A stretch of DNA of 64,000 nt. Origin: Clostridiales bacterium (GTDB lineage Bacteria > Bacillota > Clostridia > Christensenellales > CAG-138). The position numbers and the translations under genes are program-made. Of this stretch, positions 20,079 through 30,367 are shown one piece after another. The DNA is taken from contig JAILNX010000018.1 in the NCBI GenBank assembly GCA_024691085.1, positions 156,591 through 220,590 of the forward strand. The letters are read 5' to 3'. Below the pieces are notes generated by a model. It was given only the letters and a program-made list of their open reading frames with translations. It made no database searches and was not told the DNA's origin. Within the stretch, counting starts at the first letter, position 1. Each line of letters starts with the position of its first letter.

Positions 20079-20498
20079 TCAGATTATCATTTGTTCGATC
20101 TCGTCCGATTCGGCGGGCTCTTCGGGCGGCTGTGAAGCTTCGGGCTCTTCGGGCTCGGTCTCGGGCTCCTCGGGAGGCTCCTCCTCCGCGGCGGGCTCGT
20201 CTGAAACGGGTTCCTCCGCGGGTTCTGGCACGGCTTCCGTTTCGGCGACCGTGGATACCTTGATAAGCTCCTCGGCGCGCTTAAGGAAGCCCTCGCGCTG
20301 CATGGTCGAGGCAAGCATGGTATTGACGTCCTGCGCCTCGCCGAGCTCCTGCGCGAGCTTGAGCCTTAATACGTCGATGGTATTGTTCTTCCTGTCGAGC
20401 TCGCGTATAACCTCATCGAGGAAGGCGTCGACCGCGACCGGGTCGTAGCCGAAAAGCGAGTGCGGAAAAACCTTGTTGATTACGTCGTCTCTTTCCAT
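20079..20498 (-). CDS. DivIVA domain-containing protein
   Basis: N-terminus FPHSLFGYDPVAVDAFLDEVIRELD, a coiled coil, and an acidic Pro/Glu-rich tail. Confidence 0.85.
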   Translation of the reverse strand: MERDDVINKVFPHSLFGYDPVAVDAFLDEVIRELDRKNNTIDVLRLKLAQELGEAQDVNTMLASTMQREGFLKRAEELIKVSTVAETEAVPEPAEEPVSDEPAAEEEPPEEPETEPEEPEASQPPEEPAESDEIEQMII

Positions 20499-20564
20499 TT
20501 TCGATCCTTTTTGAAGGGGGATCCGGGGACATGGGATCCATGCCCCCGGTTTTCGGGCATTGGC

Positions 20565-21005
20565 TTACTCTTTGTAGCCGTCGGAGTTACCTACGATCTC
20601 GTAGTCGGCGGGAACTACTGCAAATATCTTTGCCGAGATCTTTCTGATGTCGCCGCCCATGGCGCTGCACGCGCCGGACATGAAGTCCAGGATCCTCTGG
20701 GCAACGTCGATGTCGATGTTTTCCATGTTAAGGATGATGGGCTTTCTGCTCTTGAGGTTGCCGATGATGCTCATCGTATCCTCATAGCTGACGGGGCGGT
20801 AGATGATCATTTTGGAGCGGGAAGCCTGAGCGGGGAATTCGACGACCTTGTTTGCGGGTCTGCGCTCGCGGCGCTTCTCTTCCCTTGCCGCTATAGGCTC
20901 GAGCTCCTGGACCTCTTCCTCGACCTCGGGAGTACGGGAGTCTTCCTCCTCGTCAACGACGTCGAATCCGAGCCAGTTCTTGATCTTTGTCGCAACTTTT
21001 GACAT
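20565..21005 (-). CDS. sepF: Cell division protein SepF
   Basis: C-terminal SepF core (IYRPVSYEDTMSIIGNLKSRKPIILNMENIDIDVAQRILDFMSG). Start placed at MSKVATK behind a GGAGGA RBS. Confidence 0.9.
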   Translation of the reverse strand: MSKVATKIKNWLGFDVVDEEEDSRTPEVEEEVQELEPIAAREEKRRERRPANKVVEFPAQASRSKMIIYRPVSYEDTMSIIGNLKSRKPIILNMENIDIDVAQRILDFMSGACSAMGGDIRKISAKIFAVVPADYEIVGNSDGYKE

Positions 21006-21147
21006 TTTCTTTTCCTCCATAGTTTTTTGCGTTGGCACTTGGAAGAAAATTTTTAATGCCTTTCGGCCATGCGCGGACGCTGTGTATCTATATCGCCGCG
21101 CAGCATTTGATGCTTTTTTGTTCTTTGCTCCTCCGACTTATTATTTT

Positions 21148-21861
21148 TCAATGCCTCGGTCTTGCCCCGAATATGGCAGAGCCGATTCTTACCATATTCG
21201 CCCCTTCGGCTATCGCCGACGGATAATCTCCGCTCATGCCCATGGAGAGAAGCTCCATGTCGATACCGGAAATACCGGCCGCCTTTATATTTTCAAACAG
21301 CTCCTTCATGCGCTTGAAGTAGTACCGCGCGTCCTCGCCGCCCGCCGCGGGAGGAATGCACATAAGTCCCTTGACGCATACATGGGGCATGTCAGAGATC
21401 CTTTTCAAAAGCTCACGGAGCTCCTCGGGGGCGATGCCGCCCTTCTGCGGCTCGTTCCCGATATTGACCTCCACGAGGGTGTTCTGCCTGATCCCGTGCT
21501 TTCCCGCAAGCCTTTCGATCTCGCTGAAAGCCTCGATCCTGTCCGCCGATTGGATCAGATCGGCTCGGCCTATAAGGTATTTTACCTTATTTAACTGCAA
21601 TTGTCCAATAAAATGTACGGTCTGTCCGTTTTCTTTGAAAAAATCGTATTTGTCGACAAGCTCCTGCGCGCGGTTCTCTCCCACCTCGAGGCCTCCCGCC
21701 GCGATCGCCTCGCCGATCCTCGGGATATCGACGAACTTCGTCACGCAGACAAGCCTTACGTCTTTGGGACTTCTGCCCGAAAGCTCCGCCGCCTCGGCGA
21801 CGCGTTCTTTGACCAAACGGAAATTATCGGCAACACGCGCTATCTTCTCTTCCTGTTCCAA
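21148..21861 (-). CDS. yggS: YggS-family pyridoxal-phosphate homeostasis protein
   Basis: 237 aa. VRLVCVTKF (PLP-binding Lys) and HFIGQLQLNKVKY motifs. Confidence 0.9.
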   Translation of the reverse strand: MEQEEKIARVADNFRLVKERVAEAAELSGRSPKDVRLVCVTKFVDIPRIGEAIAAGGLEVGENRAQELVDKYDFFKENGQTVHFIGQLQLNKVKYLIGRADLIQSADRIEAFSEIERLAGKHGIRQNTLVEVNIGNEPQKGGIAPEELRELLKRISDMPHVCVKGLMCIPPAAGGEDARYYFKRMKELFENIKAAGISGIDMELLSMGMSGDYPSAIAEGANMVRIGSAIFGARPRH

Positions 21862-23051
21862 TACCTCACCCCCGGACTCAGTGTTTCGTTCTTCTCATGC
21901 GGACGGATGATCGCCGTACCGTCCTTTTCGGCAAGCACGTCGACGCGCATCGTCACGTGGGATTCGCTCCTTAACAGCTCAATATAGGTGACGCCGTTTT
22001 CGATCTTCAGCGCCTCGGATCTCACCTTTATGCCGCTGACCGCGGCGGAGACCTTGACGCTGGCCGTCCTTACGTTAAGAAGCTCGCCTATATCGGTGTC
22101 GAACTCGAGTATGTTCACGACCTGCGAGCCGTTGATGATGGGATCGAGCGCGGTGCCCCTGTACGTGCCATAGCCCTTTATCTCCACGTCGTACACGACG
22201 CCCTCCGCGGTCCTCGTGAGTTCGCCGCTCTTTGTGAGGAACGCGACGAACCACCTTTCGTTGTCGACGACGCGGCAGGCTCTCGTCCTGTCGCCCGTGG
22301 TCCAGACCGCCGAGCCCTTGTCCTTGACAGCGCGGTTGATAAGGTCGGGCGTGAGCATGGAGAGCTTCTCCGCGTTCATCGCCTCCTCATAGCCGTCGAA
22401 GTAATAGCTGACCACGCCGTAGGACGGCGCGTAGACCGTTTCCGTCCAGGTTTCGAGGAGCGCGGCCTTGTCGTCGGCCGATTTATACAGCGCGCGCAGC
22501 GCCTCGGTCTCCTGCACCTTGCCCCTTAAATACTCCATGCGCTCCTTGAGGGCGCTGTCGAGCTGCCAGTAGAGCTGCTCGAGGTTTTCTCCGTTACCGG
22601 TCATGACGCAGTCCTCGATCCTTGCGCGGATGCCCGCGATGACGTCGTTCATTTCGTCAAGCCTTGCGTCCTTCGTGGAGCCGATGCGGTCCATCTGCGC
22701 GCGGTAGACGTCCTCGCGCGCGTTAAGGAGTGACTGCATAAGCTCGTCCGAGTAGCCGAGCTTATAGACCGTCGCGAGCTTTTCGCCCGTGATGACCTCG
22801 GCGCCTTCCTCCCTTAAGTAGTCGAGCCTTGCGTATTCGGACGAGATCAGCACCTTTTCGTCGCGGATGAGAACGGCGTTCCTTTCGCCGAGCGTGAACA
22901 TCATCGCGCCGTCGTCCGTGATCTCCTCCTTGCCGTTATAGAGGAGTATGAAAAGCAGCACTCCTATGACCGCGACAAGAACGCCGATGATTATGAAGAA
23001 TCTCGGATCTATCCTCGCGCCCTGTCTTCTGCTTTTCCTCGTTCTGATCAT
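21840..23051 (-). CDS. HlyD-like / membrane-fusion-type membrane protein
   Basis: N-terminal TM helix, central coiled-coil region, barrel-sandwich-like ends. The family call is tentative. Confidence 0.5.
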   Translation of the reverse strand: MIRTRKSRRQGARIDPRFFIIIGVLVAVIGVLLFILLYNGKEEITDDGAMMFTLGERNAVLIRDEKVLISSEYARLDYLREEGAEVITGEKLATVYKLGYSDELMQSLLNAREDVYRAQMDRIGSTKDARLDEMNDVIAGIRARIEDCVMTGNGENLEQLYWQLDSALKERMEYLRGKVQETEALRALYKSADDKAALLETWTETVYAPSYGVVSYYFDGYEEAMNAEKLSMLTPDLINRAVKDKGSAVWTTGDRTRACRVVDNERWFVAFLTKSGELTRTAEGVVYDVEIKGYGTYRGTALDPIINGSQVVNILEFDTDIGELLNVRTASVKVSAAVSGIKVRSEALKIENGVTYIELLRSESHVTMRVDVLAEKDGTAIIRPHEKNETLSPGVRYWNRKRR

Positions 23052-23434
23052 TATTTATCGTTTTCCTTTTCCAGCACGTTGTAGCCCTTTTTCGCGCTCC
23101 TGCCGTACTGACGGTCGAAGTTTTCCCTGTTCTTCGCTATATAGCCCTCGTAGAGCTTGTCCGCGTCCATGCCGGCGCGGATGCACATGCTGACGAAGAA
23201 GTGGAGTATGTCCACAAGCTCGCCGTGGAGCGAGGCCTCGTCAACGGGCTTTTCGTTCTTCCACCACTTGAAGTTCACCTCGTCCAGAAGCTCCGCGAGT
23301 TCGGATATCATCGCGAGCACGTCCTTCTGGATCCACTGCTCCATGGGGAAATCGAGGTTCCTTCTCTCCTGGATATCGGTATCGAGCTTCTTCTGGAGCT
23401 CGAAGATCACGTCGAGCTTATCCTTTTCGTTCAT
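23051..23434 (-). CDS. All-alpha NTP pyrophosphohydrolase, dimeric-dUTPase/MazG-like
   Basis: 127 aa. ELAELLDEVNFKWWK...ELVDILHFFVS pattern, typical of the dimeric dUTPase-like family. Confidence 0.5.
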   Translation of the reverse strand: MNEKDKLDVIFELQKKLDTDIQERRNLDFPMEQWIQKDVLAMISELAELLDEVNFKWWKNEKPVDEASLHGELVDILHFFVSMCIRAGMDADKLYEGYIAKNRENFDRQYGRSAKKGYNVLEKENDK

Positions 23435-23444
23435 CGTGTTTTCC

Positions 23445-24704
23445 TCATTCCGAAAGTATTTTTTCTATATCCCTGCGGCTTTTTTTGATCCTTCCGACGA
23501 CGCACGCGGACATATCGAGCGTATTCGTGACGGTGGGTATTATCGAGAAAACGTTGTCCATCGTGATCCTCGTGATCTTTTCGATGATCTCCTCTTCCGT
23601 GTAGTGCCTGCCGCCGAAGAGCTCCGCCCTGCCTATCGCGCTCGCGCGCGCGGAGGTCGATTCACGCGACATGAGATATGAGCTTATAAGCTGATCCTTC
23701 GCCCTCGAAAGCTCGTCTTTCCCGATCCCCTCGCGGGAGACCTTTTTCATCTCGTCTAAGATCATCTCCGTGACGGTCAAGGCGTTGTCCGCGCCCGTTC
23801 CCGCGTAGACCGTGAAACAGCCGGAGGACGGATACGGCGTCGGATATGAATAGACCGAGTACGCGAGGCCGTTTTCCTCCCTTATCTTCTGGAAGAGCCG
23901 CGAGCTCATGCTGCCGCCGAACGCGTTCGAGAAGAGGAGCATCGCGTAGCTTTCGACGGTATCCTTTTTGAAGCCCGGAAGGCAGAGCGCGATATGCGCC
24001 TGCTCGATGTCCTTCTCGATGAACCTTATCCGTTTGCCGGGAGTGTGTATGCCGAACCCGACCTTCTCCCCACCCGGAGCGTCCTTCGCGGTAAAGCTCT
24101 TCGCGAGCACGCTCATGAGTTCTTCGCGGTCGAAGCTGCCGGCGACGGCGATGACCGTGTTGCCGGGGCGGTAGTGGCTCGACATATAGGCGCGAAGCCC
24201 GTCGCGCGTGAACGCTTTTACGCTTTCGACCGTGCCGAGGATCGGTCTTTCGAGGGGATCTCCCTCGTAATAACCGGCGGCCGCCGTGTCGATGACGAGA
24301 TCCTCCGGTGAGTCCTCGTTCATCAGGATCTCCTCCGTGACGACGCCCTTCTCCCTTTCGATATCGTCGGGATCGAGAAGCGAATTTTCGAGCAGGTCGG
24401 CCAATATTTCGGCGAGTACCGCGACGTCCTTCCCGAGCACCCTGCCGTAGAAGCAGGTGCATTCCTTGCTTGTAAAGGCGTTGAGATTGCCGCCGACGGC
24501 GTCCATCTCCTCCGCGATATCGGAGGCAGTACGGGTCTTTGTGCCCTTGAAGAGCATGTGCTCGATAAAATGCGCCGCGCCGACCGACGAGCCCGGCTCG
24601 TAGACCGAGCCGGCGCCGATGAACACGCCCATCGAAACCGAGCGGAAGCCCGGCATGCATTCGCCTACGACCCTAATGCCGTTGGGAAGCTGATCCTTGA
24701 ACAT
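23445..24704 (-). CDS. M16-family (insulinase/pitrilysin-like) zinc peptidase
   Basis: HxxEH motif (HFIEHMLFKG). Start placed at MFKDQL behind a GAGGAA RBS. Confidence 0.88.
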   Translation of the reverse strand: MFKDQLPNGIRVVGECMPGFRSVSMGVFIGAGSVYEPGSSVGAAHFIEHMLFKGTKTRTASDIAEEMDAVGGNLNAFTSKECTCFYGRVLGKDVAVLAEILADLLENSLLDPDDIEREKGVVTEEILMNEDSPEDLVIDTAAAGYYEGDPLERPILGTVESVKAFTRDGLRAYMSSHYRPGNTVIAVAGSFDREELMSVLAKSFTAKDAPGGEKVGFGIHTPGKRIRFIEKDIEQAHIALCLPGFKKDTVESYAMLLFSNAFGGSMSSRLFQKIREENGLAYSVYSYPTPYPSSGCFTVYAGTGADNALTVTEMILDEMKKVSREGIGKDELSRAKDQLISSYLMSRESTSARASAIGRAELFGGRHYTEEEIIEKITRITMDNVFSIIPTVTNTLDMSACVVGRIKKSRRDIEKILSE

Positions 24705-24794
24705 TTTCTTTTCCTCGCTCATGCATACAGTTTGCCGCGGCGCGCGGAATGTATGCAAAAGAAGATCCTTTGTACGATCTTAAACTATACCAAG

Positions 24795-25448
24795 TTAATT
24801 ATACAACATTTTGTGTGTGGGTACAATATCCAATCCCATATTTTTTATTATTTCCTCAATTTCCGGAAGCGCGTCAAGTATTTCGCCCGTCGGGAGCAGG
24901 GAGATTATGTCGCCGCCCCTTATCCTTCCCGTGAGGCTTTCCTTGAGTCCTTTGGCGCCCTCGAGCTGAACGGTGCATCTGACCGCGCGCATGCCGAGGA
25001 GCGCGGAGTTTCTGAAGCCCTCGGGATCGTCCATAAGGAATACGCAGGTCGAAGGTCTTACGCCGCCCGCCGCCTCGATAAGGACGAGTCCTTCCTTCAT
25101 ACCCGCCTCGCCGCTCTCGCCGAGAAGCGCTATCTCGTGGCCGTACGCGATGAGCTTTTTTACAAGCTCCGGATGACTTTGGGCCCATTCGCCGCTTACG
25201 GCGAACGTGACCATGATCCCCTTTTCGAAAAAATGATCCGCGATGAGTTCCGTATTCGCCGCGTCCCACGCGACGGCGATCTGTACGGCAATCTCGTTTT
25301 CCTTCGCCGTGCGGTAGACCGGCGCTGAGACCGTACCCGCCACCGCGGCGACCGACCACGGCGACGACAGCGCCGCGTAAAGAAACGCCGCTGCCGCGAG
25401 AATAGCGAAATTGATATAAAACAATCTTCCGTTTCCGTTCTTTTTCAT
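24795..25448 (-). CDS. Polysaccharide deacetylase (NodB-homology) family protein with N-terminal anchor
   Basis: IMVTFAVSGEWAQSHPELVKKLIAYGHEIALLG; GGAGGG RBS. Confidence 0.75.
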   Translation of the reverse strand: MKKNGNGRLFYINFAILAAAAFLYAALSSPWSVAAVAGTVSAPVYRTAKENEIAVQIAVAWDAANTELIADHFFEKGIMVTFAVSGEWAQSHPELVKKLIAYGHEIALLGESGEAGMKEGLVLIEAAGGVRPSTCVFLMDDPEGFRNSALLGMRAVRCTVQLEGAKGLKESLTGRIRGGDIISLLPTGEILDALPEIEEIIKNMGLDIVPTHKMLYN

Positions 25449-25600
25449 AGTTCCCTCCGGCGCAGTTATATGATATGTGCTTAAATAATATATATTCCCG
25501 TTCTTTGCCTCCGCACTTGATTATCGGGGTATAAAATGATACATTAGTATTAAGAAAAATATGCGCTTAACCTACGCATAATAATCGAAAGGGATCACAT

Positions 25601-26992
25601 ATGGAAAGAGAAATCGCATGGAAAAAGTACGACGAAGCGGCGATGAACGAGCTTGAAGGGCTCTCCTGCCGCTACAAGAACTTCCTTGACAACGGCAAGA
25701 CCGAGCGCGAATGCGCTGCTCAGGCGATAGCCCTCGCCGAGAAGAACGGCTACATCTCCCTCGAGTCCGCGGTCAAGGCGGGTAAGAAGCTCGAGCCCGG
25801 CGCAAAGGTCTGGGCGGCTCCCATGGGCAAGGCGATCATGCTGTTCGTCATCGGCAGGCAGCCGATGGAGAACGGCATCAACATCATCGGCGCTCATATC
25901 GACAGCCCCCGCATGGACTTAAAGCAGAACCCCATGTATGAGGACGCCGACATCGCGTATCTCGATACCCATTACTACGGCGGCATCAAGAAGTACCAGT
26001 GGGTGACCATTCCCCTTGCCATGCACGGCGTAGTGGTCAAGAAGGACGGCACGGTCATCAACGTCGTTATCGGCGAGGATGAGGCCGATCCCGTGCTCTG
26101 CATCTCCGATCTTCTTATCCACCTCTCCCAGGAGCAGATGCAGAAGAAGGCCGCTGAGGTCATCGGCGGCGAGGATCTGAACGTCATAATCGGCGGCCGT
26201 CCCCTTAAGGACGCCGACGAGAAGGAAAAGGAGCCCGTAAAGGCCAACGTTCTTAAGATCCTGAAGGAAAAATACGGCTTTGAGGAGGAGGACTTCCTCT
26301 CCGCCGAGATCGAGATCGTTCCCGCAGGCCGCGCCCGCGATCTCGGCTTCGACAGGAGCATGATCATGGGCTACGGTCACGACGACCGCGTTTGCGCCTA
26401 TGCCGAGCTCGAGGCGATCTTCGCCCTTAACGGCACCCCCGAAAGGACCTGCTGCTGCCTCTTCTCCGACAAGGAGGAGATCGGCTCCGTCGGCGCGACC
26501 GGCATGCAGGCTCATTACTTCGAGAACGCCTTCGCGGAGCTCATGGCTCTGACCGGCGAATACTGCGATCTTAAGCTGAGGCGCGGTCTTGCGAACTCCA
26601 AGATGCTCTCCTGCGACGTATCCGCGGGCTTCGATCCCAACTTCGCCTCCGCTTTCGAGAAGAAGAACGCGGCGTTCCTCGGACGCGGCGTATGCTTCAA
26701 CAAGTACACCGGCTCCCGCGGCAAGTCCGGCTCGAACGACGCCAACGCCGAATACATGGCCGAGGTCCGCAAGATCATGGACGACGCGAACGTCTCCTTC
26801 CAGACCGCTGAGCTCGGCCGCGTCGATCTCGGCGGCGGCGGTACCATCGCCTACATCTGCGCGCTGTACTGCATGAACGTCATCGACTCCGGCGTGGCGG
26901 TGCTCTCGATGCACGCCCCCTGGGAGATCATATCGAAGGCCGACCTCTACGAGGCCATGAAGTGCTACAAGGCGTTCCTCGAGAACGCGTAA
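25601..26992 (+). CDS. M18-family aminopeptidase
   Basis: 463 aa. IIGAHIDSPR...GYGHDDRVCAY...SMHAPWE signatures. Confidence 0.85.
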   Translation: MEREIAWKKYDEAAMNELEGLSCRYKNFLDNGKTERECAAQAIALAEKNGYISLESAVKAGKKLEPGAKVWAAPMGKAIMLFVIGRQPMENGINIIGAHIDSPRMDLKQNPMYEDADIAYLDTHYYGGIKKYQWVTIPLAMHGVVVKKDGTVINVVIGEDEADPVLCISDLLIHLSQEQMQKKAAEVIGGEDLNVIIGGRPLKDADEKEKEPVKANVLKILKEKYGFEEEDFLSAEIEIVPAGRARDLGFDRSMIMGYGHDDRVCAYAELEAIFALNGTPERTCCCLFSDKEEIGSVGATGMQAHYFENAFAELMALTGEYCDLKLRRGLANSKMLSCDVSAGFDPNFASAFEKKNAAFLGRGVCFNKYTGSRGKSGSNDANAEYMAEVRKIMDDANVSFQTAELGRVDLGGGGTIAYICALYCMNVIDSGVAVLSMHAPWEIISKADLYEAMKCYKAFLENA

Positions 26993-27006
26993 ACCTTCCC
27001 CGTCTC

Positions 27007-27035
27007 TTGACACGGGGCGGCAAAGATGCGATAAT
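27007..27035 (+). promoter_or_regulatory. Promoter of the M28 peptidase gene
   Basis: TTGACA (27007-27012), 17-nt spacer, GATAAT (27030-27035). Confidence 0.55.
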
Positions 27036-27086
27036 ATACAGGATCTATCAAGGTAGATCCTGTATTATTTTTCGGGAGGATCTTAT

Positions 27087-28319
27087 ATGGACAGAGACAG
27101 CATGCTGAAAATATTCAAGGACACCGATTACGTGCACAGGAGCGGCACGAAAGAGGAGCTTACTGCCGCGGAATACCTTCTTAACGAGTGCGTTAAGATG
27201 GGCGTCTCCGCCCGCATCGAGCCGTTCCCCGTGCCTATGGCCGAGATCGAAGAAGCGCACGTCTACGCGGACGGCGTCGAGATCCCCGCGAAGGGGCTCT
27301 TCCTCTGCGGAAGCGGCGAGGTCGAGGGCGAGCTTTACTATATGCCGGCGACCGACCGCGTTTCCATGTCGAAGGCAAAGGACAAGATCGTCCTGATGGA
27401 CACCCTCGGGATAAGGCATTTCGATTATCAGGATCTGGTCAAGGCCGGCGCGAAGGGGCTCCTTTTCCAGTACGGCAACATGTATCATCCCTTCAAGGAC
27501 ATCGACGAGCGCGACCTCCGTCCCGCCGTGGTAGGCGAGTCCGAAAAGCTCATCTCCGCAATGCTTAACGCAGGGACCGCCGTCGAGCTGGTCAAAAAGG
27601 GCGTCAAGCGCGTAAAGATCGTCGTCCGTCAGCGTGAGTACGAGGGCGAATCGCATAACGTCGTCGCCGAGATCCCCGGCAAGAGGGACGAGTACATCAC
27701 CTTGTCCGCACACTACGACACCGTTTCGAATTCGCACGGCGCGTACGACAATATGTCCGGCTGCGTCGGGCTCCTGGGCGTTATGGACGCGCTCCGCGGC
27801 AAGGAGCTCAACTACGGCTTGAGGTTCGTCTTCTGCGGCAGCGAGGAGCGCGGGCTTTACGGCTCGAAGGCGTTCGTCAAGGATCACGAGGCCGAGCTTG
27901 AGAAGATACCTCTGAACATCAACCTCGACATGATCGGCTCGATAATGGGCAAGTTCATCTCCTGCGTATCGGCGGAAGAGAAGCTCGAGGGCTACGTTTC
28001 CTACTTAAGCTGCGAGCTCGGCTTCCCCGTATCGACCAAAGTCGGCGTCTATTCCTCGGACTCCACCCCGTTCGCGGACAAGGGCGTACCCGCTCTCTCA
28101 TTCGCGAGAATGGCGCGCGGCGACGTCGCTCCGATCCACTGCAGGTTAGACACGCTCGAGCTTATGAGCATGGAGCAGCTTGAGAAGGATATCGCCTTCA
28201 TAACCGAGTTCACGAGGCGTATGGCGGTATCGGCGGTCTGCCCCGTATCGAGGGAGATCCCCGAGAAGGTCAAAAAGGAGCTTGACGAGTACCTTTACAG
28301 GAAAAAACCGGAACACTGA
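27087..28319 (+). CDS. M28-family metallopeptidase
   Basis: SAHYDTVSNSHGAYDNMSGCVGLL...FCGSEERGLYGSKAF. Confidence 0.8.
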   Translation: MDRDSMLKIFKDTDYVHRSGTKEELTAAEYLLNECVKMGVSARIEPFPVPMAEIEEAHVYADGVEIPAKGLFLCGSGEVEGELYYMPATDRVSMSKAKDKIVLMDTLGIRHFDYQDLVKAGAKGLLFQYGNMYHPFKDIDERDLRPAVVGESEKLISAMLNAGTAVELVKKGVKRVKIVVRQREYEGESHNVVAEIPGKRDEYITLSAHYDTVSNSHGAYDNMSGCVGLLGVMDALRGKELNYGLRFVFCGSEERGLYGSKAFVKDHEAELEKIPLNINLDMIGSIMGKFISCVSAEEKLEGYVSYLSCELGFPVSTKVGVYSSDSTPFADKGVPALSFARMARGDVAPIHCRLDTLELMSMEQLEKDIAFITEFTRRMAVSAVCPVSREIPEKVKKELDEYLYRKKPEH

Positions 28320-28328
28320 CATAGAAAT

Positions 28329-28358
28329 AGAGCGGAGAGAACTCTCCGCTCTTTTTTC
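28329..28358. terminator. Bidirectional terminator between convergent M28 genes
   Basis: AGAGCGGAGAG / CTCTCCGCTCT stem followed by a T-run. Confidence 0.65.
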
Positions 28359-28363
28359 TGCCG

Positions 28364-29296
28364 TTACTTTTGTCCCACAAAATCGCGGAGGGCGTCCGCA
28401 AGCCGCAGTACGATCTCGGGATCGGCGACGGTGTCCCTTGCGGTATGTATCCTGTCGGTATAATAGCCGACGTTCTTTTTATACATGCAGGCGCATACGC
28501 CTACGCCGCGATCAAAGCTCTTCTGGTCACTGTTCATGAGCGCCTTGCCGCAGGGATAGAAGCGCACATTAAGGCCGCTCTTTTCCATCGTTTCCTTCAG
28601 TTTTATAAAACCTGGATCGTTCTCCGCGCCTTTGTGCGCAAGAAACACGTATGTGTCGCCGTTCCCCACGCAGTCGAGGTTTATCACAAGCGTCTTCTCC
28701 TTGATCTCCGGGTGATCATTTGCGAATGCCTTCGAGCCCTTCTTGCCCTTTTCCTCGTCGTCAAAGAGTATGAACGCCGCGCCGCTCACGTCCTTCAAAG
28801 AGGATACGAGCGTCATCACCGCCGCCGTACCGCTCGTGTTGTCATTCCTATTCCGACGGTTGGCCGGGCCGCGCATGATGAGATAAAACAACCCGAAGCA
28901 CACCGCGCCGTAAACGGCGACAATAATAAGCCGGTTGCTTATCAGGTTAAAATCGAGTCCCAGAAGCTTATATGCAAGCATCGCCGCAGCGACCGCGGGG
29001 ATAACGGCGATGAGTTCAACGCCAACGTGATACAAGACGTACAGCACCTTATTGCTTACGAGCATAAGATTGGGCAAAAGCGCCCGGCGCGGAGTGTCGT
29101 AATGAGCGGTGAATATCACGTCCGCGGAAGAAACGTCCGAAAAGACAAGGTTCGAATGACCGTCGTTATCCTCCGTCCACACCTCAACTCCCGCTTTGGC
29201 AGCCTCCGCGGAAGCCCACTTGCGGAAAGCTTCCTTCTGTTCTTTCGAGTTCCTTATGGGGAACCTTTCATCTATCTCCGAGAGATAATCCTTCAT
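28364..29296 (-). CDS. M28-family peptidase with inserted TM segments
   Basis: TAHYDTP...NDNTSGTAAVM...FDDEEKGKKGSKAF, with a hydrophobic insert between the motifs. Confidence 0.7.
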   Translation of the reverse strand: MKDYLSEIDERFPIRNSKEQKEAFRKWASAEAAKAGVEVWTEDNDGHSNLVFSDVSSADVIFTAHYDTPRRALLPNLMLVSNKVLYVLYHVGVELIAVIPAVAAAMLAYKLLGLDFNLISNRLIIVAVYGAVCFGLFYLIMRGPANRRNRNDNTSGTAAVMTLVSSLKDVSGAAFILFDDEEKGKKGSKAFANDHPEIKEKTLVINLDCVGNGDTYVFLAHKGAENDPGFIKLKETMEKSGLNVRFYPCGKALMNSDQKSFDRGVGVCACMYKKNVGYYTDRIHTARDTVADPEIVLRLADALRDFVGQK

Positions 29297-29362
29297 ATGT
29301 ACTCCTTTTGTATGCGGCGCATGGTACGGGTCGATCCGGGCGATGAACTTATATCATTGATC

Positions 29363-30367
29363 TCAGTTCCAGTCGTTCGGAACGAACAGGCGCTTATAGT
29401 CGTCGATCGCGTAGCGGTCGGTCATGCAGGCGATGTGATCCGCAACGACGCGTTCGTAGCCGTCCTTTTCGATATTCTTCAAAAACTCCTCAGGTATTTC
29501 GTCAACGTGGTCAAGATAATAATACCACAGCGCGCGTATGACGCCCTCGGCCTTCGACTCCTCTGCCTTGGCGACCTTATTGAAGTAAAGGTTTTCAAAC
29601 AGGAAATCGCGGAGCTTATTGAACTCGCGCCACATCTCGTCGCTCATCGCGATATAGGGCTTGTCAAGGCTCTCGTTAAGGACGCTGACGATAAGGTTGT
29701 TGATCCTCTCGCCGTGGCTCGCTCCGATCAGCTTCCTGCAGGTATCGGGGAGCATATCTTCGGACAGTATCCCCGCCCTTTCGGCGTCGTCGATGTCGTG
29801 ATTGATATAGGCGATGCGGTCTGCGAGGCTGACTACGCTGCCCTCGAGCGTCTTAGGTTTGCCCCTCGACGTGTGATTGACTATCCCGTCGCGCACCTCG
29901 AACGTAAGGTTGAGTCCCCTGCCGTTGTTCTCGAGCTTCTCGACCACGCGGAGGCTCTGGATATTATGCTCGAAGCCGCCCGTCACGAGGTCGTTCAGCA
30001 CCTTTTCGCCGGAATGTCCGAAGGGTGTATGCCCGAGGTCGTGCCCCATGGCGATCGCCTCAGTAAGGTCCTCGTTGAGCCTAAGCCCGCGCGAGATCGT
30101 CCTCGCGATCTGGCTGACCTCGAGGGTGTGGGTGAGCCTCGTGCGGTAATGGTCGCCGACGGGAGAAAGGAAAACCTGCGTCTTGTGCTTGAGACGGCGG
30201 AAGCTCTTGCAGTGGAGTATCCTGTCGCGGTCCCTAATAAAATCCGTCCTTATCGGACAGGGCGGTATCGAGCGCTCTCTGCCCCTGGTATTGACGGAGA
30301 GGCAGGCGTAAGGCGAGAGCAGCTGCCGCTCCCTCTCCTCTATCATCTTTCTGAAATCGTCGTTCAT
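29363..30367 (-). CDS. dGTPase-like HD-domain triphosphohydrolase
   Basis: THTLEVSQIAR...GHDLGHTPFGH motifs. Its ATG overlaps the upstream stop (ATGA). Confidence 0.88.
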   Translation of the reverse strand: MNDDFRKMIEERERQLLSPYACLSVNTRGRERSIPPCPIRTDFIRDRDRILHCKSFRRLKHKTQVFLSPVGDHYRTRLTHTLEVSQIARTISRGLRLNEDLTEAIAMGHDLGHTPFGHSGEKVLNDLVTGGFEHNIQSLRVVEKLENNGRGLNLTFEVRDGIVNHTSRGKPKTLEGSVVSLADRIAYINHDIDDAERAGILSEDMLPDTCRKLIGASHGERINNLIVSVLNESLDKPYIAMSDEMWREFNKLRDFLFENLYFNKVAKAEESKAEGVIRALWYYYLDHVDEIPEEFLKNIEKDGYERVVADHIACMTDRYAIDDYKRLFVPNDWN

